DNA of 64,000 nt from Eledone cirrhosa (lineage: Eukaryota): NCBI GenBank assembly GCA_964016885.1, contig OZ024760.1, forward strand, positions 29,760,001 to 29,824,000, given 5' to 3'. How positions within the stretch are numbered: position 1 is the first letter of the stretch; each line of letters opens with the position of its first letter. Under the pieces are notes generated by a model. That model was not told the DNA's origin and ran no database searches. It saw only the letters and a list, made by a program, of their open reading frames with translations. This document shows positions 42,601-58,700 of the stretch, piece by piece. The position numbers were made by a program, and so were the translations under genes.

Positions 42601-45600
42601 TAATGTAATGTAATGTAATGTAATGTGTAATGTAATGTAGTGTAATGTAATGTAATGTAATGTAATGTAATGTAATGTAATGTAATGTGTAATGTAATGT
42701 AATGTAATGTAATGTAATGTATAATGTAATGTAATGTAATGTAATGTGTAATGTAATGTAATGTAATGTAATGTGTAATGTAATGTAATGTAATGTGTAA
42801 TGTAATGTAATGTAATGTGTAATGTAATGTAGTGTGTAATGTAATGTAATGTAATGTAGTGTGTAATGTAATGTAATGTAATGTGTAATGTAATGTAATG
42901 TAATGTAATATAATGTGTAATGTAATGTAATGTGTAATGTAATGTAATGTAATGTAATGTAATGTAATGTTTAATGTAGTGTAAAGTAATGTAATGTAAC
43001 GTAATGTAATGTAATGTAATGTTTAATGTAATGTAATGTAATGTAATGTAATATTTAATGTAATGTAATGTAATGTAATGTAATGTAATGTAATGTAATG
43101 TAATATAATGTGTAATGTAATGTAATGTAATGTAATGTAATGTAATGTAATGTAATGTAGTGTAATGTAATGAAATGTAATGTAATGTGTAATGTAAAGT
43201 AATGTAATGTAATGTAATGTAATGTGTAATGTAATGTAATGTAATGTAATGTGTAATGTAATGTAATGTAATGTAATTTAATGTAATGTAATGTAATGTA
43301 ATGTAATGTAATGTAATGTAATGTAATGTAATGTAATGTAATGTAATGTAATGTATGTTTAATGAGATGTAATGTAATATAACGTAATGTTTAATGTAAT
43401 GTAATGTGTAATATAATGTAATGTAATGTAATGTGTAATGTAATGTAATATAATGTAATGTAATGTGTAATGTAATGTAATGTAATGTAATGTAATGTGT
43501 AATGTAATGTAATGTAATGTAATGTGTAATGTAATGTAATGTAATGTAATGTGTAATGTAATGTAATGTAATGTAATGTAATGTGTAATGTAATGTAATG
43601 TAATGTAATGTAATGTAATGTAATGTGTAATGTAATGTAATGTAATGTAATGTAATGTAATGTGTAATGTAATTTAATGTAATGTAATGTAATGTAATGT
43701 AATGTAATGTAATGTAATGTAATGTAATGTGTAATGTAACGCAATGTAATGTAATGTAATGTGTAATCTAATGTAATGTAATGTAATGTAATGTAATGTA
43801 ATGTAATGTAATGTAATGTAATGTGTAATGTGTAATGTAATGTAATGTAATGTGTAATGTAATGTAATGTAATGTGTAATCTAATGTAATGTAATTTAAT
43901 GTAATGTAATGTAATTTAATGTAATGTAATGTAATGTAATGTAATGTAATATGTAATGTAATGTAATGTAATTTAATGTAATGTAATGTGTAATGTAATG
44001 TAATGTAATGAAAATGTAATGTAATGTGTAATGTAATGTGTAATGTAATGTAATGTGTAATGTAATGTAATGTAATGTAATGTAATGTAATGTAATGTAA
44101 TGTGTAATGTAATGTAATGTAATGTAATGTAATGTAATGTAATGTAATGTAATGTGTAATGTAATGTAATGTAATGTAATGTGTAATGTATTGTAATGTA
44201 ATGTAATGTAATGTAATGTAATGTAATGTAATGTAATGTAATGTAATGTAATGTAATGTAATGTAATGTTTAATGAGATGTAATGTAATGTAACGTAATG
44301 TTTAATGTAATGTAATGTGTAATATAATGTAATGTAATGTAATGTGTAATGTAATGTAATATAATGTAATGTAAAGTGTAATGTAATGTAATGTAATCTA
44401 ATGTAATGTGTAACATAATATAATGTAATGTAACGTAATATGTAATGTAATGTAATGTAATGTAATGTAATGTGTCACGTAGTGTAATGTAATGTAATGT
44501 AATGTAATATGTAATGTAATGTAATGTGTAATGTAGTGTAATGTAATGTAATGTAATGTAATGTAATGTGTAATGTAATGTAATGTGTAATGTAATGTAA
44601 TGTAATGTAATGTAATGTAATGTAATGTAATGTAATCTAATGTAACGTAATGTAATGTGTAATGTAATGTAATGTAATGTAATGTAATGTAACGTAATGT
44701 AATGTGTAATGTAATGTAATGTAATGTAATGTGTAATGTAATGTAATGTAATGTAATGTAACGTGTAATGTAATGTAATGTAATGTAATGTGTAATGTAA
44801 TGTAATGTAATGTAATGTAATGTGTAATGTAATGTAGTGTAATGTAATGTAATGTAATGTAATGTAATGTAATGTAATGTGTAATGTAATGTAATGTAAT
44901 GTAATGTAATGTGTAATGTAATGTAATGTAATGTAATGTAATGTATAATGTAATGTAATGTAATGTAATGTAATGTGTAATGTAATGTAATGTAATGTAA
45001 TGTGTAATGTAATGTAATGTAATGTGTAATGTAATGTAATGTAATGTAATGTAATGTGTAATGTAATGTAATGTAATGTAATGTGTAATGTAATGTAGTG
45101 TGTAATGTAAGGTAATGTAATGTAGTGTGTAATGTAATGTAATGTAATGTGTAATGTAATGTGTAATGTAATGTAATGTAATGTAATATAATGTGTAATG
45201 TAATGTAATGTGTAATGTAATGTAATGTAATGTAATGTAATGTAATGTAATGTAATGTAATTTAATGTAATGTAATGTAATGTGTAATGTAATGTAATGT
45301 AATGTGTAATGTAATGTAATGTAATGTAATGTGTAATGTAATGTAATGTAATGTAATGTAATGTAATGTAATGTAATGTGTAATGTAATGTAATGTAATG
45401 TAATGTGTAATGTAGTGTAATGTAATGTAATGTAATGTAATGTAATGTAATGTGTAATGTAATGTGTAATGTAATGTAATGTAATGTAATGTAATATATG
45501 TAATGTAATGTAATGCAATGTAATGTAATGTAATGTGTAATGTAATGTAATGTAATGTGTAATGTAATGTAATGTAATGTAATGTAATGTAATGTAATGT

Positions 45601-46370
45601 GTAATGTAATCTAATGTGTAATGTAAAGTAATGTAATGTAACGTAATGTAATGTAATGTAATGTGTAATGTAATGTAATCTAATGTAGTGTGTAATGTAA
45701 TGTAATGTTATGTAATGTGTAATGTAATGTAATGTAATGTTTAATCTAATGTAATGTAATGTAATGTAATGTGTAATGTAATGTAATGTAATGTAATGTA
45801 ATGTAATGTGTAATGTAATGTAATGTGTAATATAATGTAATGTAATGTAATGTAATGTAACGTGTAATGGAATCTAATGTAATGTAATGAAATGTGTAAT
45901 GTAATGTAATGTAATGTAATGTAATGTAATGTAATGTAATGTAATGTAATGTGTAATGTAATGTAGTGTAATGTAATGTAATGTAATGTAATGTAATGTA
46001 ATGTGTAATGTAATGTAATGTAATGTAATGTAATGTAATGTAATGTGTAATGTAATGTAATGTAATGTAATGTAATGTATAATGTAATGTAATGTAATGT
46101 AATGTGTAATGTAATGTAATGTAATGTAATGTGTAATGTAATGTAATGTAATGTGTAATGTAATGTAATGTAATGTAATGTAATGTAATGTGTAATGTAA
46201 TGTAATGTAATGTAATGTGTAATGTAATGTAGTGTGTAATGTAATGTAATGTAATGTAGTTTGCAATGTAATGTAATGTAATGTGTAATGTAATGTGTAA
46301 TGTAATGTAATGTAATGTAATATAATGTGTAATGTAATGTAATGTGTAATGTAATGTAATGTAATGTAAT
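36680..46370. repeat. Near-perfect tandem duplication, period 4832 bp
   Basis: Matching ORF coordinates at 38559/43391, 39805/44637 and 41042/45874. CATGTAGTGTAAAG at 36711/41543 and TTGCAATG at 41429/46261. Confidence 0.93.
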
Positions 46371-49300
46371 GTGTAATGTAATGTAATGTAATGTAATTTA
46401 ATGTAATGTAATGTAATGTAATGTAATGTAATGTAATGTAATGTAATGTAATGTAATGTAATGTAATGTATGTTTAATGAGATGTAATGTAATATAACGT
46501 AATGTTTAATGTAATGTAATGTGTAATATAATGTAATGTAATGTAATGTGTAATGTAATGTAATATAATGTAATGTAATGTGTAATGTAATGTAATGTAA
46601 TGTAATGTAATGTGTAATGTAATGTAATGTAATGTAATGTAATGTGTAATGTAATGTAATGTAATGTAATGTAATGTGTAATGTAATGTAATGTAATGTA
46701 ATGTAATGTGTAATGTAATGTAATGTAATGTAATGTAATGTAATGTAATGTGTAATGTAATGTAATGTAATGTAATGTAATGTAATGTGTAATGTAATTT
46801 AATGTAATGTAATGTAATGTAATGTAATGTAATGTAATGTAATGTAATGTAATGTAATGTAATGTAATGTGTAATGTAACGCAATGTAATGTAATGTAAT
46901 GTGTAATCTAATGTAATGTAATGTAATGTAATGTAATGTAATGTAATGTAATGTAATGTAATGTGTAATGTGTAATGTAATGTAATGTAATGTGTAATGT
47001 AATGTAATGTAATGTGTAATCTAATGTAATGTAATTTAATGTAATGTAATGCAATTTAATGTAATGTAATGTAATGTAATGTAATATGTAATGTAATGTA
47101 ATGTAATTTAATGTAATGTAATGTGTAATGTAATGTAATGTAATGAAAATGTAATGTAATGTGTAATGTAATGTGTAATGTAATGTAATGTGTAATGTAA
47201 TGTAATGTAATGTAATGTAATGTAATGTAATGTAATGTAATGTAATGTGTAATGTAATGTAATGCAATGTAATGTAATGTAATGTAATGTAATGTAATGT
47301 GTAATGTAATGTAATGTAATGTAATGTGTAATGTATTGTAATGTAATGTAATGTAATGTAATGTAATGTAATGTAATGTAATGTAATGTAATGTAATGTA
47401 ATGTAATGTAATGTAATGTTTAATGAGATGTAATGTAATGTAATATAATGTGTAATGTAATGTAATGTGTAATATAATGTAATGTAATGTAATGTGTAAT
47501 GTAATGTAATATAATGTAATGTAAAGTGTAATGTAATGTAATGTAATCTAATGTAATGTGTAACATAATATAATGTAATGTAACGTAATATGTAATGTAA
47601 TGTAATGTAATGTAATGTAATGTAATGTGTCACGTAGTGTAATGTAATGTAATGTAATGTAATATGTAATGTAATGTAATGTGTAATGTAGTGTAATGTA
47701 ATGTAATGTAATGTAATGTAATGTGTAATGTAATGTAATGTGTAATGTAATGTAATGTAATGTAATGTAATGTAATGTAATCTAATGTAACGTAATGTAA
47801 TGTGTAATGTAATGTAATGTAATGTAATGTAATGTAACGTAATGTAATGTGTAATGTAACGTAATGTAATGTAATGTGTAATGTAATGTAATGTAATGTA
47901 ATGTAACGTGTAATGTAATGTAATGTAATGTAATGTGTAATGTAATGTAATGTAATGTAATGTAATGTAATGTAATGTAATGTGTAATGTAATGTAGTGT
48001 AATGTAATGTAATGTAATGTAATGTAATGTAATGTAATGTGTAATGTAATGTAATGTAATGTAATGTAATGTGTAATGTAATGTAATGTAATGTAATGTA
48101 ATGTATAATGTAATGTAATGTAATGTAATGTAATGTAATGTGTAATGTAATGTAATGTAATGTAATGTGTAATGTAATGTAATGTAATGTGTAATGTAAT
48201 GTAATGTAATGTAATGTAATGTGTAATGTAATGTAATGTAATGTAATGTGTAATGTAATGTAGTGTGTAATGTAAGGTAATGTAATGTAGTGTGTAATGT
48301 AATGTAATGTAATGTGTAATGTAATGTGTAATGTAATGTAATGTAATGTAATATAATGTGTAATGTAATGTAATGTGTAATGTAATGTAATGTAATGTAA
48401 TGTAATGTAATGTAATTTAATGTAATGTAATGTAATGTGTAATGTAATGTAATGTAATGTGTAATGTAATGTAATGTAATGTAATGTGTAATGTAATGTA
48501 ATGTAATGTAATGTAATGTAATGTAATGTGTAATGTAATGTAATGTAATGTAATGTGTAATGTAGTGTAATGTAATGTAATGTAATGTAATGTAATGTAA
48601 TGTAATGTAATGTGTAATGTAATGTGTAATGTAATGTAATGTAATGTAATGTAATATATGTAATGTAATGTAATGCAATGTAATGTAATGTAATGTGTAA
48701 TGTAATGTAATGTAATGTGTAATGTAATGTAATGTAATGTAATGTAATGTAATGTAATGTGTAATGTAATCTAATGTGTAATGTAAAGTAATGTAATGTA
48801 ACGTAATGTAATGTAATGTAATGTGTAATGTAATGTAATCTAATGTAGTGTGTAATGTAATGTAATGTTATGTAATGTGTAATGTAATGTAATGTAATGT
48901 TTAATCTAATGTAATGTAATGTAATGTAATGTGTAATGTAATGTAATGTAATGTAATGTAATGTGTAATGTAATGTAATGTGTAATATAATGTAATGTAA
49001 TGTAATGTAATGTAATGTGTAATGGAATGTAATGTAATGAAATGTGTAATGTAATGTAATGTAATGTAATGTAATATAATGTAATGTAATGTAATGTGTA
49101 ATGTAATGTAGTGTAATGTAATGTAATGTAATGTAATGTAATGTAATGTAATGTGTAATGTAATGTAATGTAATGTAATGTAATGTAATGTGTAATGTAA
49201 TGTAATGTAATGTAATGTATAATGTAATGTAATGTAATGTAATGTGTAATGTAATGTAATGTAATGTAATGTGTAATGTAATGTAATGTAATGTGTAATG

Positions 49301-52300
49301 TAATGTAATGTAATGTAATGTAATGTAATGTGTAATGTAATGTAATGTAATGTAATGTGTAATGTAATGTAGTGTGTAATGTAATGTAATGTAATGTAGT
49401 GTGCAATGTAATGTAATGTAATGTGTAATGTAATGTGTAATGTAATGTAATGTAATGTAATATAATGTGTAATGTAATGTAATGTGTAATGTAATGTAAT
49501 GTAATGTAATGTAATGTTTAATGTAGTGTAATGTAATGTAATGTAAAGTAATGTAATGTAATGTAATGTAATGTTTAATGTAATGTAATGTAATGTAATG
49601 TAATATTTAATGTAATGTAATGTAATGTAATGTAATTTAATGTGTAATGTAATGTAATGTAATGTAATGTAATGTAATGTAATGTAGTGTAATGTAATGA
49701 AATGTAATGTAATGTGTAATGTAATGTAATGTAATGTAATGTAATGTAATGTAATGTAGTTTGCAATGTAATGTAATGTAATGTGTAATGTAATGTGTAA
49801 TGTAATGTAATGTAATGTAATATAATGTGTAATGTAATGTAATGTGTAATGTAATGTAATGTAATGTAATGTGTAATGTAATGTAATGTAATGTAATTTA
49901 ATGTAATGTAATGTAATGTAATGTAATGTAATGTAATGTAATGTAATGTAATGTAATGTAATGTATGTTTAATGAGATGTAATGTAATATAACGTAATGT
50001 TTAATGTAATGTAATGTGTAATATAATGTAATGTAATGTAATGTGTAATGTAATGTATTATAATGTAATGTAATGTGTAATGTAATGTAATGTAATGTAA
50101 TGTAATGTGTAATGTAATGTAATGTAATGTAATGTAATGTGTAATGTAATGTAATGTAATGTAATGTAATGTGTAATGTAATGTAATGTAATGTAATGTA
50201 ATGTAATGTAATGTGTAATGTAATGTAATGTAATGTAATGTAATGTAATGTAATGTGTAATGTAATGTAATGTAATGTAATGTAATGTAATGTGTAATGT
50301 AATTTAATGTAATGTAATGTAATGTAATGTAATGTAATGTAATGTAATGTAATGTAATGTAATGTGTAATGTAACGCAATGTAATGTAATGTAATGTGTA
50401 ATCTAATGTAATGTAATGTAATGTAATGTAATGTAATGTAATGTAATGTAATGTGTAATGTGTAATGTAATGTAATGTAATGTGTAATGTAATGTAATGT
50501 AATGTGTAATCTAATGTAATGTAATTTAATGTAATGTAATGCAATTTAATGTAATGTAATGTAATGTAATGTAATATGTAATGTAATGTAATGTAATTTA
50601 ATGTAATGTAATGTGTAATGTAATGTAATGTAATGAAAATGTAATGTAATGTGTAATGTAATGTGTAATGTAATGTAATGTGTAATGTAATGTAATGTAA
50701 TGTAATGTAATGTAATGTAATGTAATGTAATGTGTAATGTAATGTAATGCAATGTAATGTAATGTAATGTAATGTAATGTAATGTAATGTAATGTGTAAT
50801 GTAATGTAATGTAATGTAATGTGTAATGTATTGTAATGTAATGTAATATAATGTAATGTAATGTAATGTAATGTAATGTAATGTAATGTAATGTAATGTA
50901 ATGTAATGTTTAATGAGATGTAATGTAATGTAATATAATGTGTAATGTAATGTAATGTGTAATATAATGTAATGTAATGTAATGTGTAATGTAATGTAAT
51001 ATAATGTAATGTAAAGTGTAATGTAATGTAATGTAATCTAATGTAATGTGTAACATAATATAATGTAATGTAACGTAATATGTAATGTAATGTAATGTAA
51101 TGTAATGTAATGTGTCACGTAGTGTAATGTAATGTAATGTAATGTAATATGTAATGTAATGTAATGTGTAATGTAGTGTAATGTAATGTAATGTAATGTA
51201 ATGTAATGTGTAATGTAATGTAATGTGTAATGTAATGTAATGTAATGTAATGTAATGTAATGTAATCTAATGTAACGTAATGTAATGTGTAATGTAATGT
51301 AATGTAATGTAATGTAATGTAACGTAATGTAATGTGTAATGTAACGTAATGTAATGTAATGTGTAATGTAATGTAATGTAATGTAATGTAACGTGTAATG
51401 TAATGTAATGTAATGTAATGTGTAATGTAATGTAATGTAATGTAATGTAATGTAATGTAATGTAATGTGTAATGTAATGTAGTGTAATGTAATGTAATGT
51501 AATGTAATGTAATGTGTAATGTAATGTAATGTAATGTAATGTAATGTGTAATGTAATGTAATGTAATGTAATGTAATGTATAATGTAATGTAATGTAATG
51601 TAATGTAATGTAATGTGTAATGTAATGTAATGTAATGTAATGTGTAATGTAATGTAATGTAATGTGTAATGTAATGTAATGTAATGTAATGTAATGTGTA
51701 ATGTAATGTAATGTAATGTAATGTGTAATGTAATGTAGTGTGTAATGTAAGGTAATGTAATGTAGTGTGTAATGTAATGTAATGTAATGTGTAATGTAAT
51801 GTGTAATGTAATGTAATGTAATGTAATATAATGTGTAATGTAATGTAATGTGTAATGTAATGTAATGTAATGTAATGTAATGTAATGTAATGTAATTTAA
51901 TGTAATGTAATGTAATGTGTAATGTAATGTAATGTAATGTGTAATGTAATGTAATGTAATGTAATGTGTAATGTAATGTAATGTAATGTAATGTAATGTA
52001 ATGTAATGTGTAATGTAATGTAATGTAATGTAATGTGTAATGTAGTGTAATGTAATGTAATGTAATGTAATGTAATGTAATGTAATGTAATGTGTAATGT
52101 AATGTGTAATGTAATGTAATGTAATGTAATGTAATATATGTAATGTAATGTAATGCAATGTAATGTAATGTAATGTGTAATGTAATGTAATGTAATGTGT
52201 AATGTAATGTAATGTAATGTAATGTAATGTAATGTAATGTGTAATGTAATCTAATGTGTAATGTAAAGTAATGTAATGTAACGTAATGTAATGTAATGTA

Positions 52301-53350
52301 ATGTGTAATGTAATGTAATCTAATGTAGTGTGTAATGTAATGTAATGTTATGTAATGTGTAATGTAATGTAATGTAATGTTTAATCTAATGTAATGTAAT
52401 GTAATGTAATGTGTAATGTAATGTAATGTAATGTAATGTAATGTGTAATGTAATGTAATGTGTAATATAATGTAATGTAATGTAATGTAATGTAATGTGT
52501 AATGGAATGTAATGTAATGTAATGAAATGTGTAATGTAATGTAATGTAATGTAATGTAATGTAATGTAATGTAATGTGTAATGTAATGTAGTGTAATGTA
52601 ATGTAATGTAATGTAATGTAATGTAATGTAATGTGTAATGTAATGTAATGTAATGTAATGTAATGTAATGTAATGTGTAATGTAATGTAATGTAATGTAA
52701 TGTATAATGTAATGTAATGTAATGTAATGTGTAATGTAATGTAATGTAATGTAATGTGTAATGTAATGTAATGTAATGTGTAATGTAATGTAATGTAATG
52801 TAATGTAATGTAATGTGTAATGTAATGTAATGTAATGTAATGTGTAATGTAATGTAGTGTGTAATGTAATGTAATGTAATGTAGTGTGCAATGTAATGTA
52901 ATGTAATGTGTAATGTAATGTGTAATGTAATGTAATGTAATGTAATATAATGTGTAATGTAATGTAATGTGTAATGTAATGTAATGTAATGTAATGTAAT
53001 GTTTAATGTAGTGTAATGTAATGTAATGTAAAGTAATGTAATGTAATGTAATGTAATGTTTAATGTAATGTAATGTAATGTAATGTAATATTTAATGTAA
53101 TGTAATGTAATTTAATGTGTAATGTAATGTAATGTAATGTAATGTAATGTAATGTAATGTAGTGTAATGTAATGAAATGTAATGTAATGTGTAATGTAAT
53201 GTAATGTAATGTAATGTAATGTAATGTGTAATGTAATGTAATGTAATGTAATGTGTAATGTAATGTAATGTAATGTAATTTAATGTAATGTAATGTAATG
53301 TAATGTAATGTAATGTAATGTAATGTAATGTAATGTATGTTTAATGAGAT
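46250..53350. repeat. Tandem duplication, period about 3.48-3.50 kb
   Basis: TTGCAATG at 46261/49761, GTATGTTTAATGAGAT near 46468 and 49963, GTCACGTAG near 47629 and 51114, and TTTAATCTAAT near 48900 and 52380. Confidence 0.82.
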
Positions 53351-55779
53351 GTAATGTAATATAACGTAATGTTTAATGTAATGTAATGTGTAATATAATG
53401 TAATGTAATGTAATGTGTAATGTAATGTAATATAATGTAATGTAATGTGTAATGTAATGTAATGTAATGTAATGTAATGTGTAATGTAATGTAATGTAAT
53501 GTAATGTAATGTGTAATATAATGTAATGTAATGTAATGTAATGTAATGTGTAATGTAATGTAATGTAATGTAATGTAATGTGTAATGTAATGTAATGTAA
53601 TGTAATGTAATGTAATGTAATGTGTAATGTAATGTAATGTAATGTAATGTAATGTAATGTAATGTAATGTGTAATGTAATGTAATGTAATTTAATGTAAT
53701 GTAATGTGTAATGTAATGTAATGTGTAATGTAATGTAATGTAATGTAATGTAATGTAATGTAATGTAATGTAATGCGTAATGTAATGTAATGTAATGTAA
53801 TGTAATGTAATGTAATGTGTAATGTAATGTAATGTGTAATGTATTGTAATGTAATGTAATGTAATGTAATGTAATGTAATGTAATGTAATGTAATGTAAT
53901 GTAATGTAATGTAATGTAATGTAATGTAATGTAATGTAATGTTTAATGAGATGTAATGTAATGTAACGTAATGTTTAATGTAATGTAATGTGTAATATAA
54001 TGTACTGTAATGTAATGTGTAATGTAATGTAATGTAATGTAATGTAATGTGTAATGTAATGTAATGTAATCTAATGTAATCTGTAACATAATGTAACGTA
54101 ATATGTAATGTAATGTAATGTAATGTAATGTAATGTGTCATGTAGTGTAATGTAATGTAATGTAATGTAATATGTAATGTAATGTAATGTGTAATGTAGT
54201 GTAATGTAATGTAAAGTAATGTGTAATGTAATGTAATGTGTAATGTAATGTAACGTAATGTAATGTAATGTAATGTAATGTAATGTAATCTAATGTAACG
54301 TAATGTAATGTGTAATGTAATGTAATGTAATTTTATGTAATGTAATGTGTAAGTAATGTAATGTAATGTAATGTGTAATGTAATGTAATGTAATGTAATG
54401 TAACGTGTAATTTAATGTAATGTAATGTAATGTAATGTGTAATGTAATGTAATGTAATGTAATGTAATGTAATGTGTAATGTAATGTAGTGTAATGTAAT
54501 GTAATGTAATGTAATGTAATGTAATGTAATGTGTAATGTAATGTAATGTAATGTAATGTAATGTAATGTAATGTGTAATGTAATGTAATGTAATGTAATG
54601 TAATGTAATGTATAATGTAATGTAATGTAATGTGTAATGTAATGTAATGTAATGTAATGTGTAATGTAATGTAATGTAATGTGTAATGTAATGTAATGTA
54701 ATGTAATGTAATGTGTAATGTAATGTAATGTAATGTAATGTTTAATGTAATGTAGTGTGTAATGTAATGTAATGTAATGTAGTGTGTAATGTAATGTAAT
54801 GTAATGTGTAATGTAATGTGTAATGTAATGTAATGTAATGTAATATAACGTGTAATGTAATGTAATGTGTAATGTAATGTAATGTAATGTAATGTAATGT
54901 AATGTAATGTAATTTAATGTAATGTAATGTAATGTGTAATGTAATGTAATGTAATGTGTAATGTAATGTAATGTAATGTAATGTGTAATGTAATGTAATG
55001 TAATGTAATGTAATGTAATGTAATGTAATGTAATGTAATGTAATGTAATGTAATGTGTAATGTAATGTAATGTAATGTGTAATGTAGTGTAATGTAATGT
55101 AATGTAATGTAATGTAATGTAATGTAATGTAATGTAATGTAATGTAATGTGTAATGTAATGTGTAATGTAATGTAATGTAATGTAATATATGTAATGTAA
55201 TGTAATGCAATGTAATGTAATGTAATATGTAATGTAATGTAATGTAATGTATAATGTAATGTAATGTAATGTAATGTAATGTAATGTAATGTGTAATGTA
55301 ATCTAATGTGTAATGTAAAGTAATGTAATGTAATGTAATGTAAGGTAATGTGTAATGTAATGTAATCTAATGTAGTGTGTAATGTAATGTAATGTTATGT
55401 AATGTGTAATGTAATGTAATGTAATGTTTAATCTAATGTAATGTAATGTAATGTAATGTGTAATGTAATGTAATGTAATGTAATGTAATGTAATGTGTAA
55501 TGTAATGTAATGTAATGTAATGTAATGTAATGTGTAATGTAATGTAATGTGTAATATAATGTAATGTAATGTAATGTAATGTAATGTGTAATGGAATGTA
55601 ATGTAATGTAATGAAATGTGTAATGTAATGTGTAATGTAATGTGTAATGTAATGTAATGTAATGTAATGTAATGTAATGTAATGTAATGTAATGTGTAAT
55701 GTAATGTAATGTAATGGAATGTGTAATGTAATGTAATGTAATGTTAAGTAATGTGTAATGTAATGTAATGTAATGTAAT

Positions 55780-58700
55780 GTAATGTAATGTAATGTAACG
55801 TAATGTAATGTAATGTAATGTGTAATTAAATGTAATGTAATGTAATGTAGTGTGTAATGTAATGTAATGTAATGTAATGTAATGTAATGTAATGTAATGT
55901 AAAGTAATGTGTAATATAATGTAATGTAATGTAATGTAGTGTGTAATGTAATGTAAGGTTATGTGTAGCGTAATGTAATGTAATGTGTAACGTAATGTAA
56001 TGTAATGTAATATGTAATGTAATGTAATGTAAAGTAACTTAATGTACTGTAATGTGTAATGTAATGTAATGTAATGTAATGTAATGTAATGCGTAATGTA
56101 ATGTAATGTAATGTAATGTAATGTAATGTGTAATGTAATGTAATGTAATGTGTAATATAATGTAATGTAATGTAATGTAGTGTGTAATGTAATGTAAGGT
56201 ATTGTGTAATGTAATGTAATGTGTAATGTAATGTAATGTAATGTAATATGTAATGTAATGTAATGTAATGTAATGTAATGTAATGTAATGCGTAATGTAA
56301 TGTAATGTAATATAATGTAATGTGTAATGTAATGTAATGTAATGTGTAATGTAATGTAATGTAATGTAATGTAATGTAATGTAATGTGTAATGTAATGTG
56401 TAATGTAATGTAATGTAATGTAATGTAATGTGTAATGTAATGTAATGTAACGTGTAATGTAATGTAATGTAATGTAATGTGTAATGTAATGTAATGTAAT
56501 GTAATGTAATGTAATGTGTAATGTAATGTAATGTAATGTAATGTAATGTAATGTGTAATGTAATGTAATGTAATGTAGTGTGTAATGTAATGTAATGTAA
56601 TGTAATGTAATGTAATGTACTGTAATGTGTAATGTAATGTAATGTAATGTGTAATGTAATGTAATGTAATATAATGTAATGTAATGTGTAATGTAATGTA
56701 ATGTAATGTAATGTGTAATGTGTAATGTAATGTAATGTAATGTAGTGTGTAATGTAATGTAATGTAATATAATGTAATGTAATGTGTAATGTAATGTAAT
56801 GTAATGTAATGTAATGTAATGCGTAATGTAATGTAATGTAATGTAATGTAATGTAATGTAAGGTTATGTGTAACGTAATGTAATGTAATGTGTAACGTAA
56901 TGTAATGTAATGTAATATGTAATGTAATGTAATGTAAAGTAACTTAATGTAATGTAATGTGTAATGTAATGTAATGTAATGTAATGTAATGTAATGTAAT
57001 GTAATGCGTAATGTAATGTAATGTAATGTAATGTATTGTAATGTAATGTAATGTAATGTAATGTGTAATGTAATGTAATGTAATGTAATGTAATGTAATG
57101 TAATGCGTAATGTAATGTAATGTAATGTAATGTAATGTAAGGTTATGTGTAACGTAATGTAATGTAATGTGTAACGTAATGTAATGTAATGTAATATGTA
57201 ATGTAATGTAATGTAAAGTAACTTAATGTAATGTAATGTGTAATGTAATGTAATGTAATGTAATGTAATGTAATGTAATGTAATGTAATGTAATGTGTAA
57301 TATAATGTAATGTAATGTAATGTAGTGTGTAATGTAATGTAAGGTATTGTGTAATGTAATGTAATGTGTAATGTAATGTAATGTAATGTAATATGTAATG
57401 TAATGTAATGTAATGTAATGTAATGCGTAATGTAATGTAATGTAATATAATGTAATGTGTAATGTAATGTGTAACGTAATGTAATGTAATGTGTAATGTA
57501 ATGTAATGTAATGTAATGTGTAATGTAATGTAATGTAATGTAATGTAATGTAATGTAATGTAACGTAATGTAATGTAATGTAATGTGTAATTAAATGTAA
57601 TGTAATGTAATGTAGTGTGTAATGTAATGTAATGTAATGTAATGTAATGTAATGTAATGTAATGTAATGTGTAATGTAATGTAATGTAAAGTAATGTGTA
57701 ATATAATGTAATGTAATGTAATGTAGTGTGTAATGTAATGTAAGGTTATGTGTAGCGTAATGTAATGTAATGTGTAACGTAATGTAATGTAATGTAATAT
57801 GTAATGTAATGTAATGTAAAGTAACTTAATGTACTGTAATGTGTAATGTAATGTAATGTAATGTAATGTAATGTAATGCGTAATGTAATGTAATGTAATG
57901 TAATGTAATGTGTAATGTAATGTAATGTAATGTAATGTGTAATATAATGTAATGTAATGTAATGTAGTGTGTAATGTAATGTAAGGTATTGTGTAATGTA
58001 ATGTAATGTGTAATGTAATGTAATGTAATGTAATATGTAATGTAATGTAATGTAATGCGTAATGTAATGTAATGTAATATAATGTAATGTGTAATGTAAT
58101 GTAATGTAATGTGTAATGTAATGTAATGTAATGTAATGTAATGTAATGTAATGTGTAATGTAATGTGTAATGTAATGTAATGTAATGTAATGTAATGTGT
58201 AATGTAATGTAATGTAACGTGTAATGTAATGTAATGTAATGTAATGTGTAATGTAATGTAATGTAATGTCATGTAATGTAATGTGTAATGTAATGTAATG
58301 TAATGTAATGTAATGTGTAATGTAATGTAATGTAATGTAGTGTGTAATGTAATGTAATGTAATGTAATGTAATGTAATGTACTGTAATGTGTAATGTAAT
58401 GTAATGTAATGTGTAATGTAATGTAATGTAATATAATGTAATGTAATGTGTAATGTAATGTAATGTAATGTAATGTGTAATGTGTAATGTAATGTAATGT
58501 AATGTAGTGTGTAATGTAATGTAATGTAATGTAATATAATGTAATGTAATGTGTAATGTAATGTAATGTAATGTAATGTAATGTAATGCGTAATGTAATG
58601 TAATGTAATGTAATGTAATGTAAGGTTATGTGTAACGTAATGTAATGTAATGTGTAACGTAATGTAATGTAATGTAATATGTAATGTAATGTAATGTAAA